NCBI GenBank assembly: GCA_963790025.1
Contig: CAWBMP010000004.1
Coordinates: 192,001-256,000, forward strand
Origin: Nitrospirota bacterium
GTDB lineage: Bacteria; Nitrospirota; Thermodesulfovibrionia; Thermodesulfovibrionales; Dissulfurispiraceae
Length of the DNA stretch: 64,000 nucleotides
Direction of reading: 5' to 3'
Within the stretch, counting starts at the first letter, position 1, and each line of letters starts with the position of its first letter. The position numbers were made by a program, and so were the translations under genes. The notes beneath the pieces are model-generated. The model did not search any database. It had not been told where the DNA came from and worked only from the letters and a program-made list of their open reading frames with translations. Positions 1 to 10,339 of the stretch are shown here, in pieces.

Positions 1-2
1 CC

Positions 3-1490
3 CGGTTTTCGGTCGGCAACATCCTGTTTCACGATGAGGCCCTCGGCTCAATATCGGGAAGCTGCAGATTTGATACGGAAAACTTTTATCTTGACGGATT
101 GCGGGCCGCTTTGCCTTCAGGAAATATAGCGTTAAATGCTCAGGGAAAGCTTGCTGGCGCTCCTTTTCCGTTAAGAATAAACGCGGTTGCAAAGGACCTC
201 GATCTCGGACAGATCTCCTTGATTTATGCTGAATCAACGGCGCCCACTTACCAGTTGTCCGGAAAGCTTGGGACTGCAAGTTTTGACGGTTCCATAGAGA
301 AGACCGGTTTCTTTCAAGGCAATGCAGTGCTGGATGTGCAAAATCTGACCGTATCCGCTGCTCACGCAAAACGTCCCTTGATAAAGGATTGGACCCTGGC
401 CGGCCGTCTCGACTTTAAAGGTAAGGACCTCGATTTTTCCGCGCATGCCGGAAACAGGGGAGTGGCTGCCGACACTTACGGTTCAATAAAAAATTTTTCT
501 GAAACAAATAGAACCGCAGTAATCAATATCCTCATACCCGAGACGCAGGCGGCAAGCGTGCGCGAGGCCTTCTGGGACATCTTTCCCGATAGTCTGCTTT
601 ATACCGGTTTGGACGGCGCTGCTTCATCGGAAATCCTGCTGAGACACGGTCCGGCAGGAACAAACATCACCGGGAACATCACGCTTAAAAACCTCTCTGT
701 CTCCGGGGAGAACGGTGAATATACAATCGGACCTGTTGATGGCATACTACCCATCGTATATGCCGAGACCCCAGGCGAACAGGAGAAAATAACCATGCCT
801 CCATTCGACCGCGCTGAATTTGATATGCTCTCCAGGACCTATTCCGGCCGGTTTACCGGCGAGGGATACAACAGGATTACCGTCGCCTCGCTGCGCTACG
901 GCTTCAGGCTGCTCGATTCTGTCAGTCTTTGGGTAAAGCAGAAAGGGACCGCACTGGATGTAGGGAGATTCAGTGCAAACATCTTCGGTGGGACGCTCAA
1001 TGGGGCCGCCTTTGCAACCATTGGAAAAGGCGTGAATTATCGAATCGGCTTCATTGTCGACGGACTTAGCCTGACTTCGCTCTGCAACGGCATAGAGCCG
1101 ATCAAGGGATACATTTCAGGAAAACTTAACGGGACAGCCTCATTAAGAGGGACAGGCGCAAATTTGTCCGGGTTAATCGGAAAAGCTGATTTTTGGACAT
1201 ATAGTGACAAAAATGAAAAGACAAAAATCAGCAAGGAATTTCTGCAGAAAGTAGGCGGCCCAAGCATGGGATCATATCTCAGCGAAAAAAATTTTGATAC
1301 AGGAATAATGAGCGTCTACGCACAAAAAGGTGATCTGGTTTTTGAGCGACTGGAAATATCCAACAGGAATTTTTTAGGCATGAAAGACCTTTCGATCAAA
1401 GTTGCCCCGTTAAATAACCGGATCTCCATCGACGACCTGATGTGGGAATTGGTAGAAGCGGCGCACAGGGCGGAGTCGAAAGGTCAGTAA
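3..1490 (+). CDS. AsmA-like/YdbH-family intermembrane bridge protein, C-terminal part (truncated by the window edge)
   Basis: Frame is open from position 3; beta-strand-rich, Gly-rich repeats typical of AsmA-like proteins; followed by a YnbE/YdbL-like gene. Confidence 0.65.
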   Translation, partial: RFSVGNILFHDEALGSISGSCRFDTENFYLDGLRAALPSGNIALNAQGKLAGAPFPLRINAVAKDLDLGQISLIYAESTAPTYQLSGKLGTASFDGSIEKTGFFQGNAVLDVQNLTVSAAHAKRPLIKDWTLAGRLDFKGKDLDFSAHAGNRGVAADTYGSIKNFSETNRTAVINILIPETQAASVREAFWDIFPDSLLYTGLDGAASSEILLRHGPAGTNITGNITLKNLSVSGENGEYTIGPVDGILPIVYAETPGEQEKITMPPFDRAEFDMLSRTYSGRFTGEGYNRITVASLRYGFRLLDSVSLWVKQKGTALDVGRFSANIFGGTLNGAAFATIGKGVNYRIGFIVDGLSLTSLCNGIEPIKGYISGKLNGTASLRGTGANLSGLIGKADFWTYSDKNEKTKISKEFLQKVGGPSMGSYLSEKNFDTGIMSVYAQKGDLVFERLEISNRNFLGMKDLSIKVAPLNNRISIDDLMWELVEAAHRAESKGQ

Positions 1491-1579
1491 TATGCACCGG
1501 GTGAAAGAAAAACGGAAATGATTTAATATTAATAAGCGGTAAGCCGACGAGCTGTTGAACTGACAAGGAGGATTACAAC

Positions 1580-2218
1580 ATGATTAAAAAGGCTGGACTT
1601 ATAGCAGCGGTTATTTTTACTATTGCATCATGTGCCGTTATCACGGTGAATGTCTACTTTCCCGAAAAAGATGTGAAAGAAGCATACAAGAACCTTGAAG
1701 ATGAACTTATGAAGCCTGACAATGCAGCGCCGGACAAGCAGGAAACCCCTGCCAAAGAGAAACCGGCCCAGGACAAGCCGGAAAGTTCTATTCGTTTTGA
1801 CTTCGTCAGTTCAGCATATGCCCAGGATTCAGATCTTGCTAAAAGGATTGCAGACACCATAAGGAAAATGCCTGACGTTGTTGCGGCATACCGGGCGATA
1901 GGGGCGGTAATTCCCGATCTTGACAGATTAAGAAGCAACGGTGCTGTCGGAGAGGCCAATAACGGGTTGCTCGTGCCGAGAGAGGGCACTATGAGCCCTT
2001 CCGACAAGCAGCTCGTTGACATGGTAAACGCTGACAGAAAAATAGTCATAAACGGGATGGCAAAGGCCATCTTGCGCATCAACAGATCGCCTGAAAACGC
2101 CGACACGCTTAAACAGGTTATACCACAGGCTACAGAGCAGTTTGCCGGAATCAGAAGAGATACGGCAAAAAAGGGATGGTGGATTCAGGACACCAACGGG
2201 AACTGGGCGAAAAAATAG
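1580..2218 (+). CDS. Lipoprotein with YnbE-like N-terminus and YdbL/DUF1318-like domain
   Basis: AGGAGG RBS; lipobox IASC; ITVNVYFP; GAVGEANNGLL and KGWWIQ..GNW motifs. Confidence 0.7.
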   Translation: MIKKAGLIAAVIFTIASCAVITVNVYFPEKDVKEAYKNLEDELMKPDNAAPDKQETPAKEKPAQDKPESSIRFDFVSSAYAQDSDLAKRIADTIRKMPDVVAAYRAIGAVIPDLDRLRSNGAVGEANNGLLVPREGTMSPSDKQLVDMVNADRKIVINGMAKAILRINRSPENADTLKQVIPQATEQFAGIRRDTAKKGWWIQDTNGNWAKK

Positions 2219-2225
2219 ACAAGGG

Positions 2226-3767
2226 TCACATTTTAGCTCTACCGGAGACGAATAAAGGTGCGTGGTTGGAAGTGAAAAACGGCGGTTCGCGTCTTATAAT
2301 GGGTGCAACCGCCTTGTGCCTTTTGAATACGCCCTCCAGAAACTGTTTTACCGGTTTTCTGGTCCATCCCTTCGGATGTCTGAAATCGGTATACAGGGAC
2401 AGGTCGCCTTCATAAAAAGTGCCCGTGCCGAATTCTGCCGCATCGGGACTGTTTATCGGCATATTAAAAAGCGCGAGATTCAGGTAATCGATCTCTTTGC
2501 TGTGCTTGACCGTAAAATCCAGCGTCTTTCGGGCTTCAGCCTCCGACTCATACGGAGTGCCGAATATAAGATAAATATAACTCGCAATCCCTGCCTTAGC
2601 GAGTGTTTTCAGCACGCGGGATGCCGTTTCCAGATTAGTGCCTTTCTGCATACTGTCGAGCACACCCTGATCGCCTGATTCAATCCCCAGTTTGAGCATG
2701 ACGCAGCCGGAGCGTCTGAGCGACTCGCAAAAGGAACTGTCGGCTAATTGCTCTTCAACCCTGGCAAAACCATACCACGCAACACCCGGGGGAGTATCGG
2801 ACAATGACTTCATGAAGGATTTGCTCATAGCATTATCAAGCACATGTACGAGCACAGGTTTTGTTTTTCCATCCAGCGCGGCCAGGTCCGCAATCTCGCT
2901 CTGAGCCAGCCCGGCAGGTACGGGCCTGTACGGGACATCTTCGACGCTTTCGGGGCAAAATGAACACCTCTTCCAGTAACAGCCATCCGATGCGCTGTAG
3001 GGGAGAATAAGGCCTGGAGCCATGTATTCATTTCCCAGGAAAGGGCTGTAATCCGGCTTATAGTTTTCCATCAAATCGTCCGCCCCGAACAGGGAAAGCA
3101 AGGGTCTTTCTCCGGGACCTGCAATGACATGGTCTACCAATCCCACAAAGGGGTGGCCCCGGTCACTCCAGCGCGCAGCCTTCATCCATGAGGTAACAAG
3201 ACCTCCTCCAAGGTATACTGTGAGCCCGGCAAATGACTTTTTCAGGTATCCGATCATTGCAAAGGTGCACAGTGCCTGACTCAAAAAATTAAGTGAAAAC
3301 CCTACTGAATTGTCTTCAGTATGTTCCAGTACTGCGTGCAGGCGGCCTTTAAAATAAGAATAAAACGGATTTGTCTCAAAGTCCTCAGCTGCCCTGATCA
3401 AATCGCTGCTGTTTACTGGTGAGAGAGTATGGTGCCTGTAGTTCGACAGGCTTATTGTCACTCCACTGCCGGAGGATGATTGTTCCAACACACGGTTCAC
3501 ATCACCTATCGCCCTCCGATACTGAGCCGGCCGGCTGTATATGCCGGGTTCCCTCAGGGACACCAGATGGTCCAAACACTTTCGAAAGGCGCGGTGCGTC
3601 CATGTGTCGGAAGGCGACTGCGGCTGGTGCAAAAGATAAAGTATACCCTCCAGATTTGCATCAAGGGCATCGCCATTTATCCCGTGTGCCCTGAGAGCGC
3701 CGAGAAGCCTTGCAATACCTGCGGGAGGCTCGCAGGGCTTTGCGACAGGAGGGTATATGAGAATCAT
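2226..3767 (-). CDS. B12-binding-domain radical SAM protein
   Basis: [10 protein letters not shown] cluster motif; LGIESG; N-terminal LIYPP..PPAG. Confidence 0.8.
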   Translation of the reverse strand: MILIYPPVAKPCEPPAGIARLLGALRAHGINGDALDANLEGILYLLHQPQSPSDTWTHRAFRKCLDHLVSLREPGIYSRPAQYRRAIGDVNRVLEQSSSGSGVTISLSNYRHHTLSPVNSSDLIRAAEDFETNPFYSYFKGRLHAVLEHTEDNSVGFSLNFLSQALCTFAMIGYLKKSFAGLTVYLGGGLVTSWMKAARWSDRGHPFVGLVDHVIAGPGERPLLSLFGADDLMENYKPDYSPFLGNEYMAPGLILPYSASDGCYWKRCSFCPESVEDVPYRPVPAGLAQSEIADLAALDGKTKPVLVHVLDNAMSKSFMKSLSDTPPGVAWYGFARVEEQLADSSFCESLRRSGCVMLKLGIESGDQGVLDSMQKGTNLETASRVLKTLAKAGIASYIYLIFGTPYESEAEARKTLDFTVKHSKEIDYLNLALFNMPINSPDAAEFGTGTFYEGDLSLYTDFRHPKGWTRKPVKQFLEGVFKRHKAVAPIIRREPPFFTSNHAPLFVSGRAKM

Positions 3768-4078
3768 TTGATAAACGAACAGCAGTAATCGGTCAGCGTC
3801 TTTACCTTCAGCTTAAATTTTGCATTCGGCGCAACTTCAAACGATTCGTCCCCTTTGACCGGCTTCCACTCCGATTTCCCGGGAAGAAGGACCTCAAGCT
3901 CACCCGAAAGTATTTCCATCAGTTCTTTATCGGCGGTGCCGAATTCGTATTCGCCGGGAAGCATTATCCCGAGCGTTTTCCTGGACCCGTCCCCGAAAAT
4001 AACGGTCCTGCTCGTTACCTTCCCGTCAAAATAAACGTTCGCCTTTTTGACTACAGTCACATTTCTAAATTCAGACAT
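3764..4078 (-). CDS. ppnP: Pyrimidine/purine nucleoside phosphorylase (DUF1255)
   Basis: [27 protein letters not shown] and DYCCSF signatures; start placed at MSEF after a GAGGGG RBS. Confidence 0.9.
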   Translation of the reverse strand: MSEFRNVTVVKKANVYFDGKVTSRTVIFGDGSRKTLGIMLPGEYEFGTADKELMEILSGELEVLLPGKSEWKPVKGDESFEVAPNAKFKLKVKTLTDYCCSFIK

Positions 4079-4266
4079 AAAAACTCCCCTCTGCAAACTT
4101 TTTTATGAAAAAACATCTTCTTACACTTTATCAGAGTGTTGGCAACGTGTTCAAGGAACAACCGGCCAGGTCGTTCCTATCCGTATGTGTTGATAAGGGT
4201 TTGGAGGGCTGCTCATTTGTGCTACAATTATAAGAATTTATATAAGACCCGAAAGGACTTGGCTGA

Positions 4267-6063
4267 ATGAAACAGATACAATGGGACCTAAAACAGCTCT
4301 TCGAGAGCGACAATGACCCTCAGATCGAGAAGGAAAGGCAAAACACCGAAGAGAAAAGCTACCGTTTTATCAACAAATGGAAAGACCGCACCGATTATCT
4401 TGAAGACCCCGCCGTTCTCAAACAGGCGCTCGATGAATATGAAGTATGGTCCCGGGAGTGCGGGACAGATGGTGATGGTGGTTACTATTTCTGGCTCAGG
4501 ACCCAGCAGGACCAGAATGACCCTGCGCTCAAAGCACGATATAATCAGGTGGAAAACTTCAGCAGGACTATACAGAACGATATCCAGTTTTTCCAACTCC
4601 GGATAGCCAAGATCCCTCCCGTACAACAAAAACAATTTCTCGATTATGGCGGGTTACAGGAGTATAGGCACTTTCTTGAGCGCATATTTGCAGAATCAAA
4701 ATATCTGCTTAGCGAAGCCGAGGAAAAGGTCCTGAACCTTAAGGCGTCGACGTCATACACAAACTGGGTAAAAATGACCTCCGGTTTCCTTGCAAAAGAA
4801 GAAAAAATAGTACTTCTTGAGGACGGCTCAAAGGACAACAGGAACATCTCGGAACTGCTAAGCCTTTTGGACAGCAAGAACAGAAAAGTGAGATATTCCG
4901 CTGCAAAGGCATTGAACAGCATTTTCGACAAATATGCAGAGGTCGCGGAGGCAGAATTAAACTCCATACTTGCCAATAAGCGGACCGACGACGAGCTGCG
5001 CGCCATTCGGCGTCCTGATTTTTCGCGCCACCTCGGTGATGACATTGGAAGCGAAATTGTGGATGCGCTCATCAATACAGTATCGGCGAGGTTTGCTATA
5101 GCTCATCGCTTTTACGGACTCAAGGCAAAGCTGCTGGGACTGAAGATACTGAAATACCACGAGAGGAATGTCGAATACGGCGATATCGTGAAAAATTATC
5201 CATATAAAAGGTCACTCATGCTCGTTGACAGGGTTTTTAAGAAGCTTGACGGAGAGTTTTCCGAAATCCTGTCCATGTTTATAAATAAAGGACATTTCGA
5301 CGTGTATCCGCGAAAGGGTAAGGGAAGCGGGGCCTTTTGTGCCCACCATCTTATTTCACAACCTACGTACATCCTCTTTAATCACACCGATAAGCTGAAC
5401 GATGTTCTTACAATAGCGCATGAACTCGGGCATGGAATCAACAACGAGCTGATCAGAAAAAAACAGAATGCCCTTAATTTCGGCACCTCCACCGCGACTG
5501 CTGAAGTTGCAAGCACTTTCATGGAGGATTTTGTTCTGCAGGAAATTCTGAGGAAAGCCGATGACGAAATGAAACTCGCCATTATGGTTAAAAAGCTCAA
5601 CGACGATGTCTCCACAATATTCCGCCAGGTCGCCTGCTACCGTTTCGAGCAGGAACTCCACCATGACTTCAGAGCAAAGGGCTATCTTTCAAAAGATGAA
5701 ATAGGAAGTCTTTTCAAAAAGCATATGGCTTCCTATATGGGGCCCTTTGTTGAGCAGTCTGCGGGCTCTGAGAACTGGTGGGTATACTGGAGCCATATCC
5801 GTTCATTCTTTTATGTATACTCGTATGCAAGCGGACTGCTGATATCGAAGGCATTGCAGCACTCCGTCAAGAAAGACCCACCATTCATAGGAAAGGTCAA
5901 GGACTTCCTTTCGGCGGGCCTCTCCGATTCACCGGCCAATATATTTAAACGCCTCGGCGTAGATATAACCGACAGCGGGTTCTGGCACAAGGGACTTGAT
6001 GAGGTGGAAGCTCTGCTGGAAGAAACAACCGCTCTGGCCCGGAGCCTGGGCAAAATAAGATAA
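4267..6063 (+). CDS. M3B oligoendopeptidase F family peptidase
   Basis: WDL N-terminus; HELGH zinc motif; AEVASTF; FYVYSY. Confidence 0.9.
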   Translation: MKQIQWDLKQLFESDNDPQIEKERQNTEEKSYRFINKWKDRTDYLEDPAVLKQALDEYEVWSRECGTDGDGGYYFWLRTQQDQNDPALKARYNQVENFSRTIQNDIQFFQLRIAKIPPVQQKQFLDYGGLQEYRHFLERIFAESKYLLSEAEEKVLNLKASTSYTNWVKMTSGFLAKEEKIVLLEDGSKDNRNISELLSLLDSKNRKVRYSAAKALNSIFDKYAEVAEAELNSILANKRTDDELRAIRRPDFSRHLGDDIGSEIVDALINTVSARFAIAHRFYGLKAKLLGLKILKYHERNVEYGDIVKNYPYKRSLMLVDRVFKKLDGEFSEILSMFINKGHFDVYPRKGKGSGAFCAHHLISQPTYILFNHTDKLNDVLTIAHELGHGINNELIRKKQNALNFGTSTATAEVASTFMEDFVLQEILRKADDEMKLAIMVKKLNDDVSTIFRQVACYRFEQELHHDFRAKGYLSKDEIGSLFKKHMASYMGPFVEQSAGSENWWVYWSHIRSFFYVYSYASGLLISKALQHSVKKDPPFIGKVKDFLSAGLSDSPANIFKRLGVDITDSGFWHKGLDEVEALLEETTALARSLGKIR

Positions 6064-6147
6064 TTAAAAAGTAAGAAGTGAGAAGTGAAAAGTGAAAAGT
6101 TAAAAAAGCAAAGAAAATGTAATCGTTTGTTTTTTATTCCTTACTTT

Positions 6148-6633
6148 TTACTTGTCTTTACGAAACTTGTCCTTCAATGCCTTTTCCACCACTTCAGGCA
6201 CAAGCCCGGTAATTGTTCCGCCGAAGGAAGCCACCTCTTTCACGATCGTCGAAGTGAGGTAGGAGTATTCCTCTGAGGGCATCATGAAAACAGTCTCAAG
6301 ATCGCCGGCTAGCCGTCTGTTCATCAAGGCCATCTGCATTTCATATTCAAAATCCGATACCGCCCGCAATCCTCTTATGATGCCGATGCCGCCCCTCCTT
6401 TTGACATAATCGATAAGCAGCCCGTCGAATGCCTCCACCCTCACGCCCTGGTACTCCCTGACAGACTCTTCAATCAACAAAAGCCGTTCCTTGATGGTAA
6501 ACAGCGGCTGTTTTTTGGGGCTGGGCGCAACAGCAATTATCAACTCATCGAATATCATCAGGCCCCTTTCAACAAGGTCGAGGTGTCCGTTTGTAACAGG
6601 ATCAAATGTGCCCGGATAAATAGCACGCTTCAT
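6148..6633 (-). CDS. coaD: Pantetheine-phosphate adenylyltransferase
   Basis: YPGTFDPVTNGH; RGLRAVSDFEYE. Confidence 0.97.
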   Translation of the reverse strand: MKRAIYPGTFDPVTNGHLDLVERGLMIFDELIIAVAPSPKKQPLFTIKERLLLIEESVREYQGVRVEAFDGLLIDYVKRRGGIGIIRGLRAVSDFEYEMQMALMNRRLAGDLETVFMMPSEEYSYLTSTIVKEVASFGGTITGLVPEVVEKALKDKFRKDK

Positions 6634-6659
6634 CGCTCTCCTCCCAAAAAAAGCAGGAA

Positions 6660-6736
6660 AAGGCGTAGGTAAAGGTAAAGAAGAAGGCTCTTCTTTACTT
6701 TTACTCTACCTCTACCTACACCTTTACCTATGCCTT
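6660..6736. repeat. Intergenic imperfect hairpin built of short repeats
   Basis: AAGGCGTAGGTAAAGGT (6660-6676) pairs with ACCTTTACCTATGCCTT (6720-6736), one G-U. Confidence 0.6.
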
Positions 6737-7299
6737 CATCTGTCTTTCATGTATAAACTGAGAGATGTATCTCCATATCTATACTTCTTCATTAAAAAAA
6801 AAGAGCCCGCATGCTCTTCTAAATCTCTTTTTGAGGAATGTTCGGCAATAATAGTCCCATCATCACCGGCTGTTCCGAGTTCGTCGATCAGCGATACTAT
6901 GGCCATGGCTTCTTCAGATGCATACGGCGGATCAAGAAAAATAATACTAAACCGCTCCTCATTTTTCTTCAGGAAATCCCGGACACGCTCCCTCGCGACC
7001 ATCGCTTTATCACTGAAGCCGAAACGGTGCACAAACTCTTTAATTATATTGACCCTGCCCGGATTTTCTTCGACAAACACAACTCTTTCGGCACCCCTGC
7101 TCAGTGCCTCGATTCCAACAGCCCCAGTCCCGGCATACAGGTCCAGAAAAGAGGAACGGTCTATTCTGTCTCTCAGAATATTAAAAATCGCCTCTCTTAC
7201 TTTTGAAGGTGTCGGCCTCAGTTGCTCCCCAGCTTTACTTAAAAAGGCCTTTTTAATGCCTACCTTTCTGCCTTTTGCAGTACCACCCGAAATTCTCAT
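6736..7299 (-). CDS. rsmD: 16S rRNA m2G966 methyltransferase
   Basis: MRISGG, LRPT..KVREAIF, DLYAGTGAVGIEALSRG, DPPY; upstream of coaD. Confidence 0.95.
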   Translation of the reverse strand: MRISGGTAKGRKVGIKKAFLSKAGEQLRPTPSKVREAIFNILRDRIDRSSFLDLYAGTGAVGIEALSRGAERVVFVEENPGRVNIIKEFVHRFGFSDKAMVARERVRDFLKKNEERFSIIFLDPPYASEEAMAIVSLIDELGTAGDDGTIIAEHSSKRDLEEHAGSFFLMKKYRYGDTSLSLYMKDR

Positions 7300-7946
7300 C
7301 TCAGCTGGGGATTGACTATATGTCCGTCATCCATTTCATAACCGGCTATCTTGACAACCCTGCCCTCGATGCTCAGCCGGCCCTCGGCATAAAGCCTTAT
7401 GGCTTCAGGGTATATCCTGTGTTCCAGCTTCAGTATCCGTGCGGAAAGCGTTTCTTCAGTGTCATCAGGAGAAACAGGCACTGCGGCCTGTATTATAACA
7501 GGTCCAGTATCCATCCCCTCGTCTACAAAATGTACTGTGCAACCGCTTATCCTGGCCCCATACTTCACCGCATCCTTCTGTCCATGAAGGCCTGGAAAAG
7601 CGGGCAGGAGGGCCGGATGAATATTCATGATCCTGTTAGGAAAAGCATCTATCAAAGGTTTTCTCACAATTCGCATAAACCCTGCAAGCGCCACAAGTTC
7701 CACCCCGCGCCTTTCAAGCTCGCCAGCTATGACCGAAAAAAAAGCGTCCTTTGAATGTGATGCTGCAGGGTCTATATAGAGGTAATCTATAGAGTGTTTT
7801 TTAGCCCTCTCGATGGCATAAGCACCCGCATTATCAACGATGAGCAGTTTAATAGAAGCATTAATTCTACCCGCCTCTATCTCATCGATAATGGATTGAA
7901 AGTTTGAGCCTCTGCCGGATGCCAGGATGCCGAGTGTCAACATCAT
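7296..7946 (-). CDS. purN: Phosphoribosylglycinamide formyltransferase
   Basis: ASGRGSN, LAGFMRI, NIHPALLPAFPG, GCTVHFVDEGMDTGP. Confidence 0.97.
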   Translation of the reverse strand: MMLTLGILASGRGSNFQSIIDEIEAGRINASIKLLIVDNAGAYAIERAKKHSIDYLYIDPAASHSKDAFFSVIAGELERRGVELVALAGFMRIVRKPLIDAFPNRIMNIHPALLPAFPGLHGQKDAVKYGARISGCTVHFVDEGMDTGPVIIQAAVPVSPDDTEETLSARILKLEHRIYPEAIRLYAEGRLSIEGRVVKIAGYEMDDGHIVNPQLR

Positions 7947-8248
7947 ATGACATTGTCGATGATTGTATCTTTCAATATCTTGCCCGCAACGTCATCTCCC
8001 TTGACGTTGTAAGTTCCTGAATTAATGGCATCTTTCAGTTTTTCCACCTTGTCTGTCCGCACATCCGGCAGTTTCATGGCTTCTGCTGAAAGCCTTGACA
8101 TCTCTTTGGCTGCGTCCGATAGTGATACCTGGTCACCTTGTGATGCAGCCTCTCCGGCCGTCCCGGTCTTCTCATCATTTACCGTTACTTTTGTCTTGTC
8201 GCTCTTCTGAAGGTTTAAATCAAGATTGCTCGTCTCCGTAATCTTCAT
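7943..8248 (-). CDS. flgM: Anti-sigma-28 factor FlgM
   Basis: DQVSLSDAAK and DVRTDKVEKLKDAINSGTYNV motifs; AGGAGG RBS. Confidence 0.9.
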   Translation of the reverse strand: MKITETSNLDLNLQKSDKTKVTVNDEKTGTAGEAASQGDQVSLSDAAKEMSRLSAEAMKLPDVRTDKVEKLKDAINSGTYNVKGDDVAGKILKDTIIDNVI

Positions 8249-8387
8249 TTATCATTACCTCCTTATCCTGCAATACTGTTCGTTCATAATGATATTATAC
8301 TCTGCAAATGAAAAAAGCGCAGGTTTTTTGAATTTACGGAGGGGCAGTTTGTCATCAGAATGGGTCGGAGCGCCACCTGCGAAGACA

Positions 8388-8762
8388 CTATTTTTTCATT
8401 TGAGCATATTTTATAGTTATTGTGTATTCAACATCCAGGCATTCGGGAGCAGAACAACTGTCACAGCCCAATTTGCCTTTTGCTGTCGTTTTGCGGTTCT
8501 TGACCATGTTGCTTATTATTTTAGTGAAATTAAACCCGCCTTCAACACAGTCCGAACATAAACAATTTACCCTGAATACAGCAAAACTGCCGGGGAAGAA
8601 ATTAACTGTCCGTGACAAAGGTTCTAATACCCCTGTTTGACTGTACATCATGCTTATAGCGATTTCTGCAACCTTGGGGAAGACTTCAGACACAAGGCCT
8701 GCATCAATTCTCTGTTGCTTCTTTTCCGCCCTGGCCGCTGTAATCTTCGCTCTGCGATTCAT
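8388..8762 (-). CDS. Cys-rich hypothetical protein, possibly metal-binding
   Basis: GGAGG RBS before MNRRAK; CLCSDC..GGF and CDSC....C clusters. Confidence 0.65.
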   Translation of the reverse strand: MNRRAKITAARAEKKQQRIDAGLVSEVFPKVAEIAISMMYSQTGVLEPLSRTVNFFPGSFAVFRVNCLCSDCVEGGFNFTKIISNMVKNRKTTAKGKLGCDSCSAPECLDVEYTITIKYAQMKK

Positions 8763-8817
8763 TTTGCCTCCAAATGAAGAGGCCCCCTCCTGCCGGGAAG
8801 GGACCTTCAACGGTAAA

Positions 8818-9018
8818 TTACAGCTTTACAACGTTTATAGCTTTGGGCCCTTTAGGTCCCTCTTCAGTATCGAAGGTGACCTTGTCCCCTTCGGCAAGAC
8901 TCTTAAAGCCGGCGCCCTGGATGGACGTATGATGTACAAAATAATCGGTTCCGTCCTCACCGCTGATAAAGCCAAACCCCTTGCTGTCGTTAAACCACTT
9001 CACAGTGCCTCGTTTCAT
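8818..9018 (-). CDS. Cold-shock protein (CspA family)
   Basis: GTVKWFN.SKGFGFI; FVHH. Confidence 0.97.
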   Translation of the reverse strand: MKRGTVKWFNDSKGFGFISGEDGTDYFVHHTSIQGAGFKSLAEGDKVTFDTEEGPKGPKAINVVKL

Positions 9019-9120
9019 TTCTTATTACTCCTTCTTGAACTCAAACTAAAAAATCTCTTAAACGCAACCTGCCCGCATAAAAATCCCTTCGTCATCTGCC
9101 GGCTGCCACCCATCGCCTTT

Positions 9121-9390
9121 TTACAGGGCTGCTTTCAGTTTCTTCCCGGCAGTAAACTTGACGGTCTTGCTCGCCTTAATCTTTATTGCCTCTCCGGTCC
9201 GGGGGTTCCTCCCTTTCCTTGCCTTTCTCTTTGCCAACGAGAAGGTGCCGAAACCCACAAGGGTAAGCCTCCCATTCTTTCTGGCAGTTTTGCCGACCGC
9301 CTCAGTAAAGGATTTAATAACTTTTTCTGCCTGGGCCTTTGAAATACCTGCGTCCTTTGAAAGCTTCTCTACAAGTTCTGTCTTGTTCAT
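9121..9390 (-). CDS. hup: DNA-binding protein HU
   Basis: MNKTELV; GFGTFS..KRKARKGRNPRTGE. Confidence 0.93.
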   Translation of the reverse strand: MNKTELVEKLSKDAGISKAQAEKVIKSFTEAVGKTARKNGRLTLVGFGTFSLAKRKARKGRNPRTGEAIKIKASKTVKFTAGKKLKAAL

Positions 9391-9491
9391 TTTCATTCTC
9401 CTATTAAAGTAACTACCTGATGACAGAAAGTATAGCACAAAATAATTTTCATAGTAATTCATAAATGCGTAACATGCTATAATTTATTGTT

Positions 9492-10148
9492 ATGTATTCC
9501 ATCGAAGCTCTTAACATCCTCGGTCATCAAAAAGAAGCGGTGCCGAACACATTCTTCCGGCAAAAAGCTGAAACGCGGCATTTGTCCATCGTCTTGCCCG
9601 GTTTCGGCTATACGTCTCACATGCCGGTTATGTATTATCCCTGCCTGGCCCTTCTTTCGAGGGGGGCCGATGTCCTGCGGGCGGAATACAACTATAGTAA
9701 GCTGGCGGATTTCATGGCCCTGTCTCAGGATGAGCGCAGACGACAGGCTGCTGACGATGTGTCGGCCATTTATGCCGCCGCTATCAGGCAGCGAGAGTAT
9801 GACACGATAACGCTTGTCGGCAAATCGATCGGGACCACTTCAATGGGTCATCTAATTACGTCGGTTTCAGGCTTTCCGGAATTGCAGTGTCTCTGGCTCA
9901 CACCCGTTTTAAAAAGTGAGCGTCTGCTTTCACAAATAAAGCAGGTGGGGCATAGGGCGCTTTTTGTTATCGGCACAGCTGATACGTACTATGATAAGGG
10001 AACCCTGGACGACCTCGTGAAGGTGACCGGCGGAGACAGCATTGTCATCGAGGGCGCCGATCACAGCCTCGAAATAGACGGTTCGCCAATAAAATCACTT
10101 CAAGCCCTTGAGCGTATAATGATCGGGATTGAAAGGTTTCTCGGTTGA
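9492..10148 (+). CDS. Alpha/beta hydrolase
   Basis: LPGFGY; GKSIG nucleophile elbow; GTAD; GADHSL. Confidence 0.8.
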   Translation: MYSIEALNILGHQKEAVPNTFFRQKAETRHLSIVLPGFGYTSHMPVMYYPCLALLSRGADVLRAEYNYSKLADFMALSQDERRRQAADDVSAIYAAAIRQREYDTITLVGKSIGTTSMGHLITSVSGFPELQCLWLTPVLKSERLLSQIKQVGHRALFVIGTADTYYDKGTLDDLVKVTGGDSIVIEGADHSLEIDGSPIKSLQALERIMIGIERFLG

Positions 10149-10339
10149 TACCTTTTATTGATTACAGCTTATGTAACGGATGTGGGGCTTGCGCTGAATC
10201 ATATCCTTTGTTCTTTGTGATACGGGACGAGAAGGCGTGGGTCATAAACCATGAGAAGTTTGTTTTGGAAGAAAATAAAAATGTTGAATACATCTGCCCT
10301 TTCGGCGCTATCACCATAGAATAAGTTAGAGGTTAGAGG

